Made by a program: the position numbers and the translations under genes | In this document: positions 1-13,400 of the stretch, piece after piece | Position numbering within the stretch: position 1 is the first letter of the stretch | Layout: every line of letters begins with the position of its first letter | Assembly (NCBI RefSeq): GCF_009914755.1 | Contig: NC_060936.1 | DNA length: 64,000 nt | DNA from: the human T2T-CHM13v2.0 reference genome, Homo sapiens | Strand: one strand, 5' to 3' | Notes under the pieces: generated by a model | The model's database searches: none | What the model was told of the DNA's origin: nothing | What the model saw: only the letters and a program-made list of their open reading frames with translations

Positions 1-63
1 AATAAACACTACTATAGATCAGAAAACTGTATCCCAAAGCCTAAATGTGGTTAAATGCCTACT

Positions 64-495
64 ATATTTGTTTGCTACCATAACAAACCACCAATTTGCA
101 TAACCTCAACAAAAGAAATTTATTCTCTCACAGTTCTGAAGACTAGAAATCCAAACTCAAGATGTCAGTCAGGCAGTGCTTCCTCTGAACTCCTTTAGGG
201 AAGGCTCCTTCCTTGCTTCTTCCAGCTTCTGGTAGCCCCAGGCACTTCTTAACTGTGGCAACATAACTCTAATTGCTGCCTCTGTCTTCACATGGCTGTC
301 TTCCCTCATTGTCTTTGTCTCTTCTGTTCATTTAAGAACACCAGTTATGTTGGACTTAAGGCCTACCCTACTCAAGAATGACTTCACCTTAATTACATCT
401 GCAAAGACCCTATTTCCACATAAAGTCATATTCATAGATACCGGGGATTAGGACTTCAACATATCTTTTTAAGAGGCACAATTCAACACAAAACA
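64..495 (-). mobile_element. MLT1 (MLT1B/C-like) ERVL-MaLR solo LTR
   Basis: Reverse complement reads TGTTTTGTGTTGAATTGTGCC..AAAAGATATGTTGAAGTCCTAATCCCC..GGAAATAGGGTCTTTGCAGATGTAATTAAG, the characteristic MLT1B/C 5' portion. Confidence 0.85.
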
Positions 496-1495
496 CTTAC
501 TCAGCTAGGTGCTCATTAAAACACTGGATTTCTGCCATTCTGAATTTAAAAGGTAATGATTTAATTAAAACTTCAGAGAATAAAATGACATATTGTTTTA
601 CAGTTTACAGTTCTATATATAGGCATATATATACACAGCTGTCATTATTTCATTGTTATCTGTAGAATTTCTTATTCTGTCTTTAAATATAAAAAGGATT
701 ATCTTCTATGAACAATAAAAAAGATAAACTAAATTTAATTACCAATTAAAGATGGGGTAAAAAAGAGCAACAACACTCTAAAACAGAATAATCATGGATA
801 TTGTGTAACCTCTCTCTTTCGTAGTTTGTTCATACTGGGAGACTAATGAAATAGAATGATAAAATCTTGTCCAGAGATGAGGAGGAGTATTAAATGACAT
901 CCTGTTCATTTAATGTGAATATAATAAACTTCAAAGTCAAAAATGTGACTATAATAAAGTTTGAAATTTTTGAAAATATGACACATAAGCATAAATACGT
1001 ACATAAGATTAACACATTTTATCTATAAGTTATTTAAATTTATATACATATCCAACCTGAAAATTGTTTAATATTTGAGTTTTTTATAGTGTCTAAGAAT
1101 GCGTAAATGGTATGCAAAAATATTTTCAATTTTTTGCTTACCATAGTTGAATGTTACAAACTTACTGTATCCAGCAAATTCCAAACTATATGCTAGAACT
1201 TGCAGAGAAAACAAAATGTTTTCCATGACAGCAAGAGACTCTATTTAATCATTATATTAAGAGATTTAAACAAGATGAGAATTAAGGATGGGATGGATAT
1301 TCCAGAGAAATGGAACGATTAATTCATTCAATTTATATATGTTGAGTTTCTGCTCTATACCAGGCACCGGTCAAGGTATTGGGAACACAGCAATGAACAC
1401 AATGTTCCAAGTCTCTGCCCTCAAATAGGTTAACCTCAAGTAGCTTAAATTCTAGGTGAAGGAGTAAGGGGAAGGAAGGGAAACGGGATGAATAA

Positions 1496-1908
<413 letters not shown>

Positions 1909-4458
1909 AACAGGAGGAGATAGCAAATAAAGGCATTTTTAAAAGTAGTATGTTATATGGTGATAAATGCTTTGGAGAAAATAAGGCAAGGTTAGGCGAA
2001 TTCGGAATGTTGTGAGGAGTGGGGAATCCCTACTCCATACATCAGCGGGATGACCTCTCCAATAATGAAGCATTTCAGCAGATACTTGAAGAAAGTGAGC
2101 ATGTGGTCCAAGCCACCGGAGTCTTCCTGGCTTGGCTAGAAGGACAGCAGGTGAAAATCCCTGAGGCAGAAGAATGGTAGGTCTCTCCAGAAACAGAGAG
2201 TCCAGTGAACTGGAGTAGAGGGAGGAAGGAGAAAAGCAAATTTTTGCTTACCCTTGCAGTATTTCTTGTTGGCCAGAATTACTTCTTCGACATTAATCAA
2301 AACATGACCTTCAGCTGTATGTATCTGCTCACCTCTGTCTACCTGACTCTCTTTTTCTGTCTCTCCCTTTATCTCTGCCTCTCAGCACAGGCACCTATCT
2401 GTCTTCATATATAGCTTACTTATAAACCAAACACAAAGCAATGTCTGCTGCAAGAAAAAATAATGAGCAACTTAATTCAGGCCTTATTTACCCTCACGTT
2501 GTCAATTTTGATCATTTGCTTATTTAACTAAATTGTTCTGCTTTCATTCCAGTCATTAGCTTCCATATATAAAAAATAATGTGCTCACATTCCATAAGTA
2601 TGTTAGATATTCACACATTTTGCATTTTGCAATAGAGACCAAGACTCTGGAGTGTTTTTATTTAATGAAACCTCTAATCAGATCCTGTGGATTTACTAGT
2701 AATTAATCTTTAAAATAACACCATATACAGGACTTTAATACCCCAATATGTTAATCTCATCTTTTGTTTTGAAAATCGTCCTCTATTTAACATTCTATCA
2801 CACTGTATGCTGCCTCACTCCTGCAGCCCTCATCTCCACACAGCTGTGGTCTACATGGCCCCAACATGTGTATTCAGTACTGCCCTGCCAATTGTAAATG
2901 AGAGGTTTAAAAGGCTCCAGATCCAAGTGACACATGCAGCATTTGTGTTGAGGTTCTGCCTCCATCTTTGTGCCTAAATCTCTAACTGTGTAGCTTCCCA
3001 CAACTAGTCTCTAGAAGCCTGGAACTCCACCTTTATCCTCTCATTAAGTCTTTTAAAAATCTACTTGTTCTCTGATTTCTAGCCCAGTTGCTGATAGAAT
3101 TTCACCTGCTGATAAAATTTTCTGAATAAAATGTCAGAATATGAATCATCCTTCATTCTTGAGTTTTGCTTACTTATGAACTGCGACATCCTATGTCAGC
3201 CTCTCAGACTCCTATTCTTGACTTTCCCCTCGACCTGTACCCTGCTATTATCATGCTTCTTGACACAGGCCAAGGTTTGCCTGATAGACTAAATTTCTCT
3301 GAGCATCAGCTGATGCTCTTGGGCTTCATTCAAGCCCAATTCTGAATGTGATTCCAGATTTTATTATCCCTGTCTTCCCTCTTTGGATTTGGCAGGGCTG
3401 AGACACTTAGGGATAAGGTAAGTTCTGCCCTCTTCTCAATAATGGGATTGGTTGGATATTGCTTTTTACTTCTTGTTTTCCATGCAGTAGGAATATAACC
3501 AAAAAATACTATGTACTTCACTGTGAAGTCCTGAAACAAAAATATCATCGTAAATACCCTGGATCTCAAGGATCTCTAATTAGATGTACCATACACATAT
3601 TGTATAACACTTCCAGAACCAGGGATTAGAAGAACAAGCCCTATATTTGCAGAAATGCGAACCTTAACTAATATATGTCTAATCTCTTTAATTTTACATA
3701 CTGATGCAAAAGAGATACTAGGAGTTCCCCCATCAGTTCGTTCAATCTCTTGCTTCTTGGGCAAAATCTTCAAGGCTCTTGAATTTCATAGTGAATTTCT
3801 CTTTTTGGTTTGTGGGCCTACTCTCCATCTTTGTTACTTCTCTTTTGAGGCTTTCACCTTATACTCACTACAACTTCTCTCTCTCTCTCTCTTTTTTGTG
3901 CTAATCCAAATAGACTTTTTGGCCTTGCCCTAGCAGACATTTAGATTTTCCTTCCCAGCAAGTGTCTGTCTCTAAAGCTTGATGAATAGTTGCCAAAGAA
4001 CACTTTCCTGATATAAGGAAATAGAGCCATGTTTGGTTGGGCTTTAAGATGAAACACAGAATCGTCTTTTTCACTGTGGTGAAGTACATCTGATGCTTTA
4101 ACATTTATATTCTAGATCTAACATTTAGACTATCAGTTGTGTGACCTTAATCCCCAAGTCTTGGTTTCCTTATTTGTAAAATAAGAATATCGGCTATTTG
4201 ATCTTGAAGGTCACCTACACCTCTGCAGTTTGTGATACAACTATTCATCACATTTAGCAGATGCCCTTCTCTTTAGAAAAATCTCAAGCCTATAGAATCG
4301 GATACAATTTAAACGATCCCCAGCATAATTTTGCCCTCTCAGGATTTCTATCTTCATAGTCATACACAGATTTTTTTGAAAACCCCAAGAAAAGAAAACC
4401 ATGCAAATTAGAAGTGAATATATATTAGATGATTATAAATCACAAATTATATCAACCT

Positions 4459-4947
4459 TGTAGGGAAGAAAAGATTTCTTTTCTAACCCATAGCTAGGTT
4501 TGTAGCTGAGGCCTTTATAACAAAAGTCATTAACAAGAGAAAAGCACACAGATTTTTTAATAAAAATTTTATGACATGTCATAAAATTACATTACAGAAC
4601 ACAGGAACCTTCAGAAGTGAAGAGCAAAGGAACGGGGAAACCTATGACCTTTTTGCTAAGTTTGATGAAGAAGTGGATAGTTGTGGAGAAGTATGATGTG
4701 ATCTAATGGAACAAGCTGGGGGAATTTAGGAGGGCCTATTTGTTCAGATTCTCCTCTGTGTCCCTGTTCCTTCAGAGATAAGGATGTTTCTTTTCTCTGG
4801 GTATAGCGAGGCACCTCTAGAATGAGGGTTTTATGACCTGCTTCAGGGGAGAAAAATCAAAGGAAGGTGACCGTGACCTTCTTGCTTCTGTTGTTTCCTC
4901 AAATGCCAAGATACATTATTTTGTGGTAGCGTGTTCTGAACTCCATA
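4459..4947 (-). mobile_element. ERV1 solo LTR (LTR37-like, MER4 group; subfamily uncertain)
   Basis: Minus strand begins TATGGAGTTCAGAACACGCTACC.CAAAAT..CTTGGCATTTGAGG..CAGAAGCAAGAAGG..CCCCTGAAGCAGGTCATAAAACCCTCATTC and ends ..CCCTACA. Confidence 0.7.
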
Positions 4948-5206
4948 TTTAAAAAATAGAATGTTACCAAAATTTTCTAAAAAGAAATAATATACTATTT
5001 TATATGTTGTTACTCTCATACTTTCTATCCATTCTTTACTGTTTTATTTGTAGGTGAATACATAAAAAGTTTCAGAATTTTCTAAATTAACCAAATCAGG
5101 TGAAATGCAATTGTGACCCCTGGTCCTCTGTTTTTGCTTTTCATAGTAGATATTATAAATATAAAACATTCAGTGCGAGCATATTTATAAGAATATAAAT
5201 TGTTGA

Positions 5207-5424
5207 GGCAGGGTGCGGTGGCTCACACCTGTAATTCCAGCATTTTGGGAGGCCGAGGCAGGCAGGGATCACGAGGTTTTTGGGAGGATTTTGGGATCAC
5301 GAGGTCAGGAGATCGAGGCCATCCTGGCCAACGTGGTGAAACCCCCTGTCTACTAAAAATACAAAAATTGGCTGGGCATGGTGGCACGCATCTATAGTCC
5401 CAGCTATGCGAGAGGCTGAGGCAG
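5207..5424 (+). mobile_element. Alu (S/Y-type), 3'-truncated, with internal duplication
   Basis: Left arm, A5TACA5 linker, then right arm stops at GAGGCTGAGGCAG with no poly-A tail. Confidence 0.9.
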
Positions 5425-6764
5425 TGGGCTTGTCATTGCAGACTTCCATGCCTAGATTTCACTAGTATTTACAGAGATGTTTTTTAGCCTGTCTTCCTTC
5501 CTACCCCTAACCCCAACTCTTCTCTGGATTTTCCACTTGCTGGATCTACTGTGTCAATTACTGAGCCAGTCTTGACAAAGTTCAGGTGTTTTAGTGCAGG
5601 CTGCATCTCAGCATGCCTTTATTCCCTTGTCCCAGCTGTTGCATTAACCACCATGAATTTTCTACTTTGGTCTGCTGCTGCCCTGAGCTCTCTTGGATAA
5701 AGCCTTATTCCTGCTTGGTTTCTGTCAGCCCCACCTCTAGAGAATGAGAAGCTATTTATTCCTACAACATTGCTATATTCCTTCCAGAAATGGGCTACTT
5801 TGCCCAGATACAAAGCACTGCCATCCACCTAATTCTGATATTAAACATACTGCTTATTCTTCCATGATACAGTGCATTCACACTATTGTATTCAATGCTC
5901 ACAGTAACCACACAGAGATCTACCATTTGACACTGGATAGGACCAAGGGAAGGTACACTTTCTAGTTTCCAGTTTCTTGCCCATTTCCTTTCCATTGTCT
6001 CTTGTTGATGAAATGGCTCTCTGGCCCATTCTGACCGATCCAAATAGTGAGGGAAATTAGGTGGTTATTTGGGTAAGTTATCATGTTCTTGGGCAATTAA
6101 TGGGAAAGGAATTGAGGCAAATTATGAATATTCTTCTTTTAAAATAAAGTGATATTAAGCAATGTATTGAAGGGTCAACTGTGCAGTATTTGCAAGAAAT
6201 AAATGACAATTAATTAAAGACATAAATTTTGACAAGAGCATTACATACTTTCTGCTTTTCAATGTGTTGTTGCTTTTCCTACAAATTGTTAGCTGAAGGG
6301 AACTATGAAAAGCTGATTAAAAATAATGTCACATAAAAATAAGCATTGGGCCATTCAGTATTATCATGTCTATCTTGCTGGCCCTATTAGAAATACCATG
6401 CCCTTTTTAAAAAATTGTATGCTTTTTTTTTCTGGTTTGATAAATTTTTACATTTAAATTTTAAATCATTAAAAAGTACTACTCACATTTTTTTCTGATA
6501 TGTTTTCTGAAATATTTTTGCATTAGTTTTTATGTTAGTAGGTACAGAGGCAATTTTGTAAAACTACATTTAAGAATACATTTTTGGTGTTTAAAACTTG
6601 TTTTTTATGAAATGGTTTTTTTTCTCTAAAATTTCAATAAGCTTCACTAGAACTATAAAATTAAGGTTGCCTTTTTCCCTTTACTCACTGGTCATTGTCC
6701 AGTTGTAATTTATCCTACTGACTATCACTTGAGAGCCAGAGCAATGTTGGGGAAGAAGCAAGTT

Positions 6765-6990
6765 GACTTTAGACTTAGAGTTGGGAGCTGAGCGTGCCTT
6801 CTCCCCTCACCTTCACTCTGTTCTTGGATCTCACCCTCTTCAGCCCCCAAATTTTCTCATCTCTAAATAGTTAAGAATATCAGTGTCTTCTCTAGCAGAG
6901 GTCATTTTTAGGGCTTTTATAATAGCCAATATATATAAAGCACTTAGTTTAGTGCCTGACATACAGTAGGAGCTTAATAAAATAATTACT
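6765..6990 (+). mobile_element. MIR
   Basis: TTTTCTCATCTCTAAAT core and TAAAGCACTTAG..AGTGCCTGACATACAGTAGGAGCTTAATAAA tail. Confidence 0.7.
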
Positions 6991-7076
6991 TAATAAAACA
7001 ACATAATTACCTATCTCTGAAGGAATTAACCTTTTTATATTTTCCATTATTTTTTTTCTAATACTAACAACCTCCT

Positions 7077-7295
7077 TGTTTTTTTCTTCAACTTTTAAAA
7101 TTCTGGGGTTCATGTGCAGGATGTACAGGTTTGTTACATAGGTAAACCTGTGTATGGTGGTTTGCTGCACAGACCAACCCATCACCTAGGTATTATGCCT
7201 GGCCTCCATTAGCTATTCTTCCTGATGCTCTCCCTCCCTCAACCTACCCACCCCCAAAAGGCCCCAGTGTGTGTTGTTCCCTCCATGTGTCCATA
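7077..7295 (-). mobile_element. L1PA (older primate subfamily) 3' end
   Basis: CATGTGCAGGATGTACAGGTTTGTTACATAGGTAAAC..GGTGGTTTGCTGCACAGA..GGCCCCAGTGTGTGTTGTTCCC. Confidence 0.9.
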
Positions 7296-9931
7296 TGAAA
7301 AAACTGCCTTTTAAGAGAAGAATACATCAGTTTGTGTATACACACACACAGAAAGAAACGGGAGCGTTATTTCCTGGTTTAGAGTTTCAAGAAGGTTTTA
7401 TACATACTGTTTGCCCCTGGATGCAAATGGATACTTATGATGTATGGTGTGACTTCATGGAGAGTCCATTGTACTCAATGGTAAGTGATAAATATATTCA
7501 GCTATATTAAGAGGAAGAATTTAAAAGGCACATTAATTTAAAAGAATGCATGAGATCCACCTAAAAATTCTGTTCTGACAGGGGACTAATTTAGGCTACA
7601 ACCCTGAATCCCCAGTATGTTTAGCGCTTGTGATGTTTGGAATACCCTATAACTAAAGAATGAATAGAAAATATTTAACTTGCAATCATGGTAAAATATA
7701 AGTCTAATAAACTATTGTCACAAGTTGGCAAAACTATTGTCACAAGTTGGCAAGAACATGAGAACGATTTCAACTGACTTTCACCTCTCCCTACACAGAG
7801 ATTAATACAGTAATAATTTTACTTTGATGTATAATCCATATTAAAAATACACTGAGTGATTTAAATGGTTCCTATGCTATATGAAGCATTAGGTATATCA
7901 AAAGCCCCTGAATCCAAGATGTAAAAGCCTTGGAACTTTATAAGAAGATTGACATGTATTTGTGAGATTATTTTTGTAGAATGTAAAATAGGAAATTTTA
8001 TCTAGCTAAATTTAAATCCCCACTAATACAGATTATCATCTCATTTAAATTATGATATATATGTTGTTATTTAAATTAATTACCTAGATATTTTATACAT
8101 AGATATATCAAATAAAATTAATGTATCAAAGTATGATAGTAGAAATGACATTTTCAGATATTTGAATTCCTTTATTTTTTCTTTCATTGTAGCAATGTTC
8201 TATATCAACCACAGAACCTTTGAAACATGCACGTTATGTTATGAACATATAAATAAATAATTTTATTCATTTGAAAGGCCACAATAATTTCAAAGAACTA
8301 TTTGCAGTTGACATTGACCAAAATAAAATACACTGAAGTGATAAAACAGATTTTAGATCTTAAAGTTGTAGTGGCTGTTAACATTGAATAGATCCATAAA
8401 CATGAAAAATGGGCCATCTGTCCTTTTTGCTGACTCAAGGATAATACTTTAAAAATAAGATCAGTACTTTTACATAGCTGCTGATTGTTATGGATAACAA
8501 TCTTAAATTCAAATTTAAGATTGAATTTAATCTTAATTCAATCTTAATTAATTTAAGGAGAATCTTAAATTCAAAGTACAATATTTTCTATTATTCGCCA
8601 GTGAGTCATTGTTACCAAAGTAAAACCTTCACTTCTTCAATAGCAAACTTTCTGCTCTTTCAATGAGATTAAGCATTTGACTAATCCTCATTTTATGTTT
8701 AATATTAACTTATTGGTCCTATAGGAAAACAGCCTGAGGATTTAGTATATAGACATTTATCCAATGATATAAAATCTGTGTATTTGGACAAGAAAGAAAG
8801 AATTATGCAAATTACTTATTTCTTTTTATATTATATCAGACATCTGCATATTTGGGACATCTGGATATTTGACAACCACGAACCTCAATATGATTAACTG
8901 AGCATTTCATTTTTTATCTAAATGATTTGGCACCAGGCAAAACAGATTTAATGATTATTAATTAACCTTCAGGTCCAAGGAGAGTTAGAGAAAGTTCTGC
9001 TATAAAATATAAGAAAAGCCATTCACTACACTAAAATTATTGTCCCTAAATCTGAATCTGAAAGGAATCACAATGGATTTTGGTGGATATACATATAAAT
9101 ACATTTTCTTCAATCTTTAAGACAAAAAAAAATCACAAAAAGATGGTGGGGTTGAATATATAGGTTTTATAGGCTAAATATCACAAGCAAAAATTGATGA
9201 GAATGTACTGGCTCCAATATAAATTAGCAGCAATTACACCAGACAATTTTTAGACTCTATTATCTTAAAGGCATTCAGATCTTACCAAGTCCACAAGCCA
9301 TCTACTTGGATATAACAGCTCCCGAGAGGCTGCCTAGCAGCCACAAGGATGCTGTAGACTAACTAGGTTAGTACCTTCCACTTTCAATACTTCGTCAAAA
9401 CAGTTTAAGATGACAGATGGGACAAGGAATTTAGGAATCCTGTAATGGATGTGAGATTGGAGAGTGTCTACAGCCAAGACATGGGTTTATGATAAAAGCA
9501 GATTAAAGAGGATACTATTGTGACTAGATGGGGGATTTAGGTCATGCTGTAAAACTCTTCAGCTGGTATAGAGCTATATGTTAGGTCAGTGCAGAGGCTG
9601 AGGGTGGTGGGAATGGGTCTGTAAAGGAACTGATAAAAGTTTGGGACTGAAAAGATTTTAAAAAGACAGAGATCTTGGAAGAGCTATATGTTATATCAAA
9701 AGCTATTGTGTGCCTGTGCATATGCATGTGTACGTGTGTGTGCACCTTGCACACATAACCTGCTGCTTACTACTCAGCCCCCTTGTGTCTTCTCCCCTTC
9801 CAGAGTAGGCCATATACCTATGAACGTTTTAACGCTCATGTATAAAATCTATAAAGAAAAGAAAAAAGCAAATTACTACATTTTTACCTCCACAGTGGAA
9901 TCTGAGACACTGTTATGTCACACAAATTCAC

Positions 9932-10226
9932 TTTTTTTTTTTTTTTTGACAGAATCTCACTCTATCACCCAGGCTGGAGTGCAGTGGCATGATCTTGGCT
10001 CACTACAACCTCTGTCTCCTGGTTAGTCTGATTCTCCTGCCTCAGCCTCCCAAGTAGCTGGGGTTATATGCACCTGCCACCATACCCAGCTAATTTTTTT
10101 ATTTTTTAGTGGAGACGGGTTTCATCATGTTGGCCAGTCTAGTCTCAAACTCCTGCTCTCAGGCAATCAGCCCACCTTGGCCTCCCAAAGTGCTGGGCTT
10201 ACGGGTGTGAGCCACGGTGCCCAGCC
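9932..10226 (-). mobile_element. AluS, full length
   Basis: Complete antisense Alu dimer; TSD-like CAAATTCACTTTTT / CAAGTTCACTTTTT flanks. Confidence 0.95.
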
Positions 10227-10924
10227 CAAGTTCACTTTTTCTACAAGTGACATGTGAGGCCTATTCTGTATCTAGTCATTCGTCCTCATTTCTCTCTGTA
10301 TTCCACAGTTTCTTCTTCCTATCAAATTTAAAATTAACAATTTGTTTCTCTGATGGAGCATATTCTCTGTCAATTCAAGTACTTCTGCTCTGCTTTCCCC
10401 AGGAGCTTCTAAGAGCACAAGTGACTGCTTTACCATTGAATTCATCTCACTGTAAAGGAGTATTTGTCACAATAAGCCTCTTATTTTCAAACCTGAAATA
10501 AATACAAAAATATATAGAAAAAATAGAAAATTATTTTTCTACAAAATAGAAGTAGTACATACATTGACATTAAAACTTTTTCCTACTGAAACTATTGTGG
10601 CCAAGATGAATAATGTAGTAAGCTGGACCTCAAATGCCCATCTATTGAAAGGCTTGTGTGAATTCAACACAGATTTTGGAAGGAATTTTGACCTTTTATA
10701 GATGCTTTCTTAGAGAGGAAGTTATATAGCCTTTTTTCAGAGTTTTGTCATTTTTTAATCTTTTATTATTTTTAAAAATGTTTGTGGGTTGGTGTCCTTT
10801 GTCTTCTTTTCTGTATGTTTCCACAAAGGCTTAGAGACCCATCTCCCACTCAACAGTCTGCAAGAAGTAGCTTCAATAAACATCACAGGATAGCAACTTT
10901 CCAGGGAGAATAAGAAAATCTAAT

Positions 10925-11190
10925 CATTCATTTATTAGTTCATTTACCATAAATTTTTGTGCACCTACTATATCCCAGGAAGTACCCTAAGCACAAGTAT
11001 GTTAGCTCTGAACAGACATGATCCCTATCCTCAGGAAACTGGTACAACAGAGCAGAAGTCAGACAATAAATGAATAAGAAAATAATATATACATAAACAT
11101 ATACCTTATAATATGTGTTACGAAGAAAATAAGTTGAGCAGTGATGGAAAATAGCTATCAGAGAATTATGGGAAGAGGATGGCTTGAATA
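10925..11190 (-). mobile_element. L2 fragment
   Basis: CATTCATTTATT..GCACCTACTAT..CCAGG..AACAGACATGATCCCT.TCCTCAGGAAACT. Confidence 0.65.
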
Positions 11191-11479
11191 TATCCCTGAA
11201 CCCTTGCTGCTTGCTGTATCTGAGCCAATCAGCTGCTAAGGCCTCCTGCCCTGCTGAACTATTGAAAGAAAGAGCTAAGGCAAGAATTTTTACTTCATGA
11301 GCCAAGGAAGAGGCAGGGACCAGTTAGGGGAGGTCCAAGGTGAGGCCCCAGTGCATGTGTTAGATTCTGAGAAAAGCCTGGCCTGAGGGGTATATGAGCT
11401 AAACCTGCCTGTGAGAATGGTCCTTGCCAGGTGAACACGTCTTCTCAGGCTTTGAGTAGCTTCCAGGTAAAGGAAAAAT

Positions 11480-12470
11480 TTTTTAATGAAAAAACAAAAA
11501 TAAAATAAGCAATAAAAGAAATGATTGTCAAAGATAACTCCAAGAGGATTAAAAGAAACAAACAGACACAAATGAAAAAAAAGGTAAAAAACATGAAAGA
11601 ACAAGTCAAGACTAAGAAAATATATTTAAAAAACAAATAAATAATCCAGAAGAAAAATAGGTAAAAGATAACATCAGATATTTCATTGAGGAAAAAATTA
11701 TAATGTCAATAAATATATCAAACGTTAAAGCTCACTAGCAACTTCTGAAATATTAATAAAGGAGGTTGATTGAAATTAATTAATTTTTAAAAACCAAGGT
11801 ACTAGTGAAGATGTGAAAAGATAAGACTTATATACATTACTGACTGAAGTATAAATTAGTACCACTGCAAAGGAGAGTATCTTCAAAACACCTGGTGAAT
11901 TTGAACAGGCTTATGAGCTATGACTCAGCAGTTTTAGTAGATGAATCCCCTAGAGTAGCTCCCACACATTTCCATAAGGAGTTATGGGCCAGGATGCTCA
12001 GGTCAGCTCCCTTTGTAAAGGTGAAACATAGCAACAACATAATTATTTTTAGTAAGAAAACAGATAAATAGTATTGGCTGAAAAATACTATACTAGCCAT
12101 ATGATTTTTAAAAAGCAAATTGCTAAAAATAAGAGTATTAAAGTATTTAAAGTTGTAAAACGTATATTAATGTAAAAAATGCATTTATATACAATCTTTA
12201 AGTCTAGAAAATAGCATTACATATATTGTTTATATAGATATCCATATTTTATGAAATATAAAATTATGTGGAGATGTAATATACACCAACTTCAGCAAAA
12301 TGATTGCATTTGAGAAGGAAGGGAGGGCAAAATAATAGAAGAAGCTTTAGCTGATATCTAATATTTGATTCTTGGAGAGAGAGAACACTGATGCAAAGAT
12401 GTCAACACGAACATCTTTGTGTTCATGGAAGTGGACATCCTTTGTAATATTATTTTTGTATTTCATAAAA
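11480..12470 (+). mobile_element. Ancient L1M/L1ME remnant
   Basis: A-rich, with degraded L1 ORF2-end/3'UTR motifs (GAAGATGTG..GTATAAATTAGTACCACT..CTATGACTCAGCAGTT). Confidence 0.6.
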
Positions 12471-13400
12471 TCAAAATCACAATGGAAGATTCACAAATGA
12501 GCATATCTCCTAACAAGAACTAAAACAGCAGTTTGTCAAGGAGAGAGGCAGGTTGAGGGTGTCCTATGTCACAGAAGTGCATATGTATAGAGTAGCTGTT
12601 GGTGTGCTTTGAGATCAGGTGTGGAGCAGTTCAGATGTAACTATTTACCAGATGTGAATTTTTTAAAAGAGTTATTTCTCCTTTTAAAGATTCATTATTT
12701 TCATTAATAAAGTGGAATCTACTTCACAGTACTGTGATGCAATGTACTAATATTGCCTATATAAAACAATTGTCACTATGCCTAGAATAAATATTCCATA
12801 AATGTTGATGGACACATAGTTTATTCATTCATCTATATATTATTAAAATTTCAGGAATAAAAACATAATTAGCATAAAGATATTATGAGGGTAAATGGTA
12901 CTTTAATAGTGAGAATTAGTTGAACATACACTAGTCTCCAACTACCTTACATAATTAACCTGATACCCTCCAAATAACCATGCAGTGGTGACTCCATCAT
13001 TCTATGTAAGGAGACCGAGACTCCAAGAGGCTCAGTGCTTTGCCTAAATCTGAGGTCCAGATTAAAGTCCATATCTGACTGCTGCACTCTTTCACTTTTA
13101 GTGATATTCACACTGGACTTGCAGAGGATATGACAGCTTAAAAACATTTGAGAACCATAATTCTACACTACATGCTCTTTATGAATACTAGTAGATGTTT
13201 TCTAAGGTTCAGAGGAAGGCCTGTACAATTGGCCAATCTATAACTTTGATACCAGTGTAATATATCAATTATATACTACAAGTAAAATTTTAAAAAGAAC
13301 AAAATTGTTTAACCTTAAGCTTATGATTTAATTTTTTTGATGTGTATTATAGAATTTGATATAGATAAAGTAGTTAATCAGATGTATAAAGAAAATAATA

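Noticed and set aside
11195-11470. CCAAT-containing GC-richer segment as a promoter or LTR
   Set aside because: Could not match it to a family or find LTR termini/TSD; a single motif is insufficient
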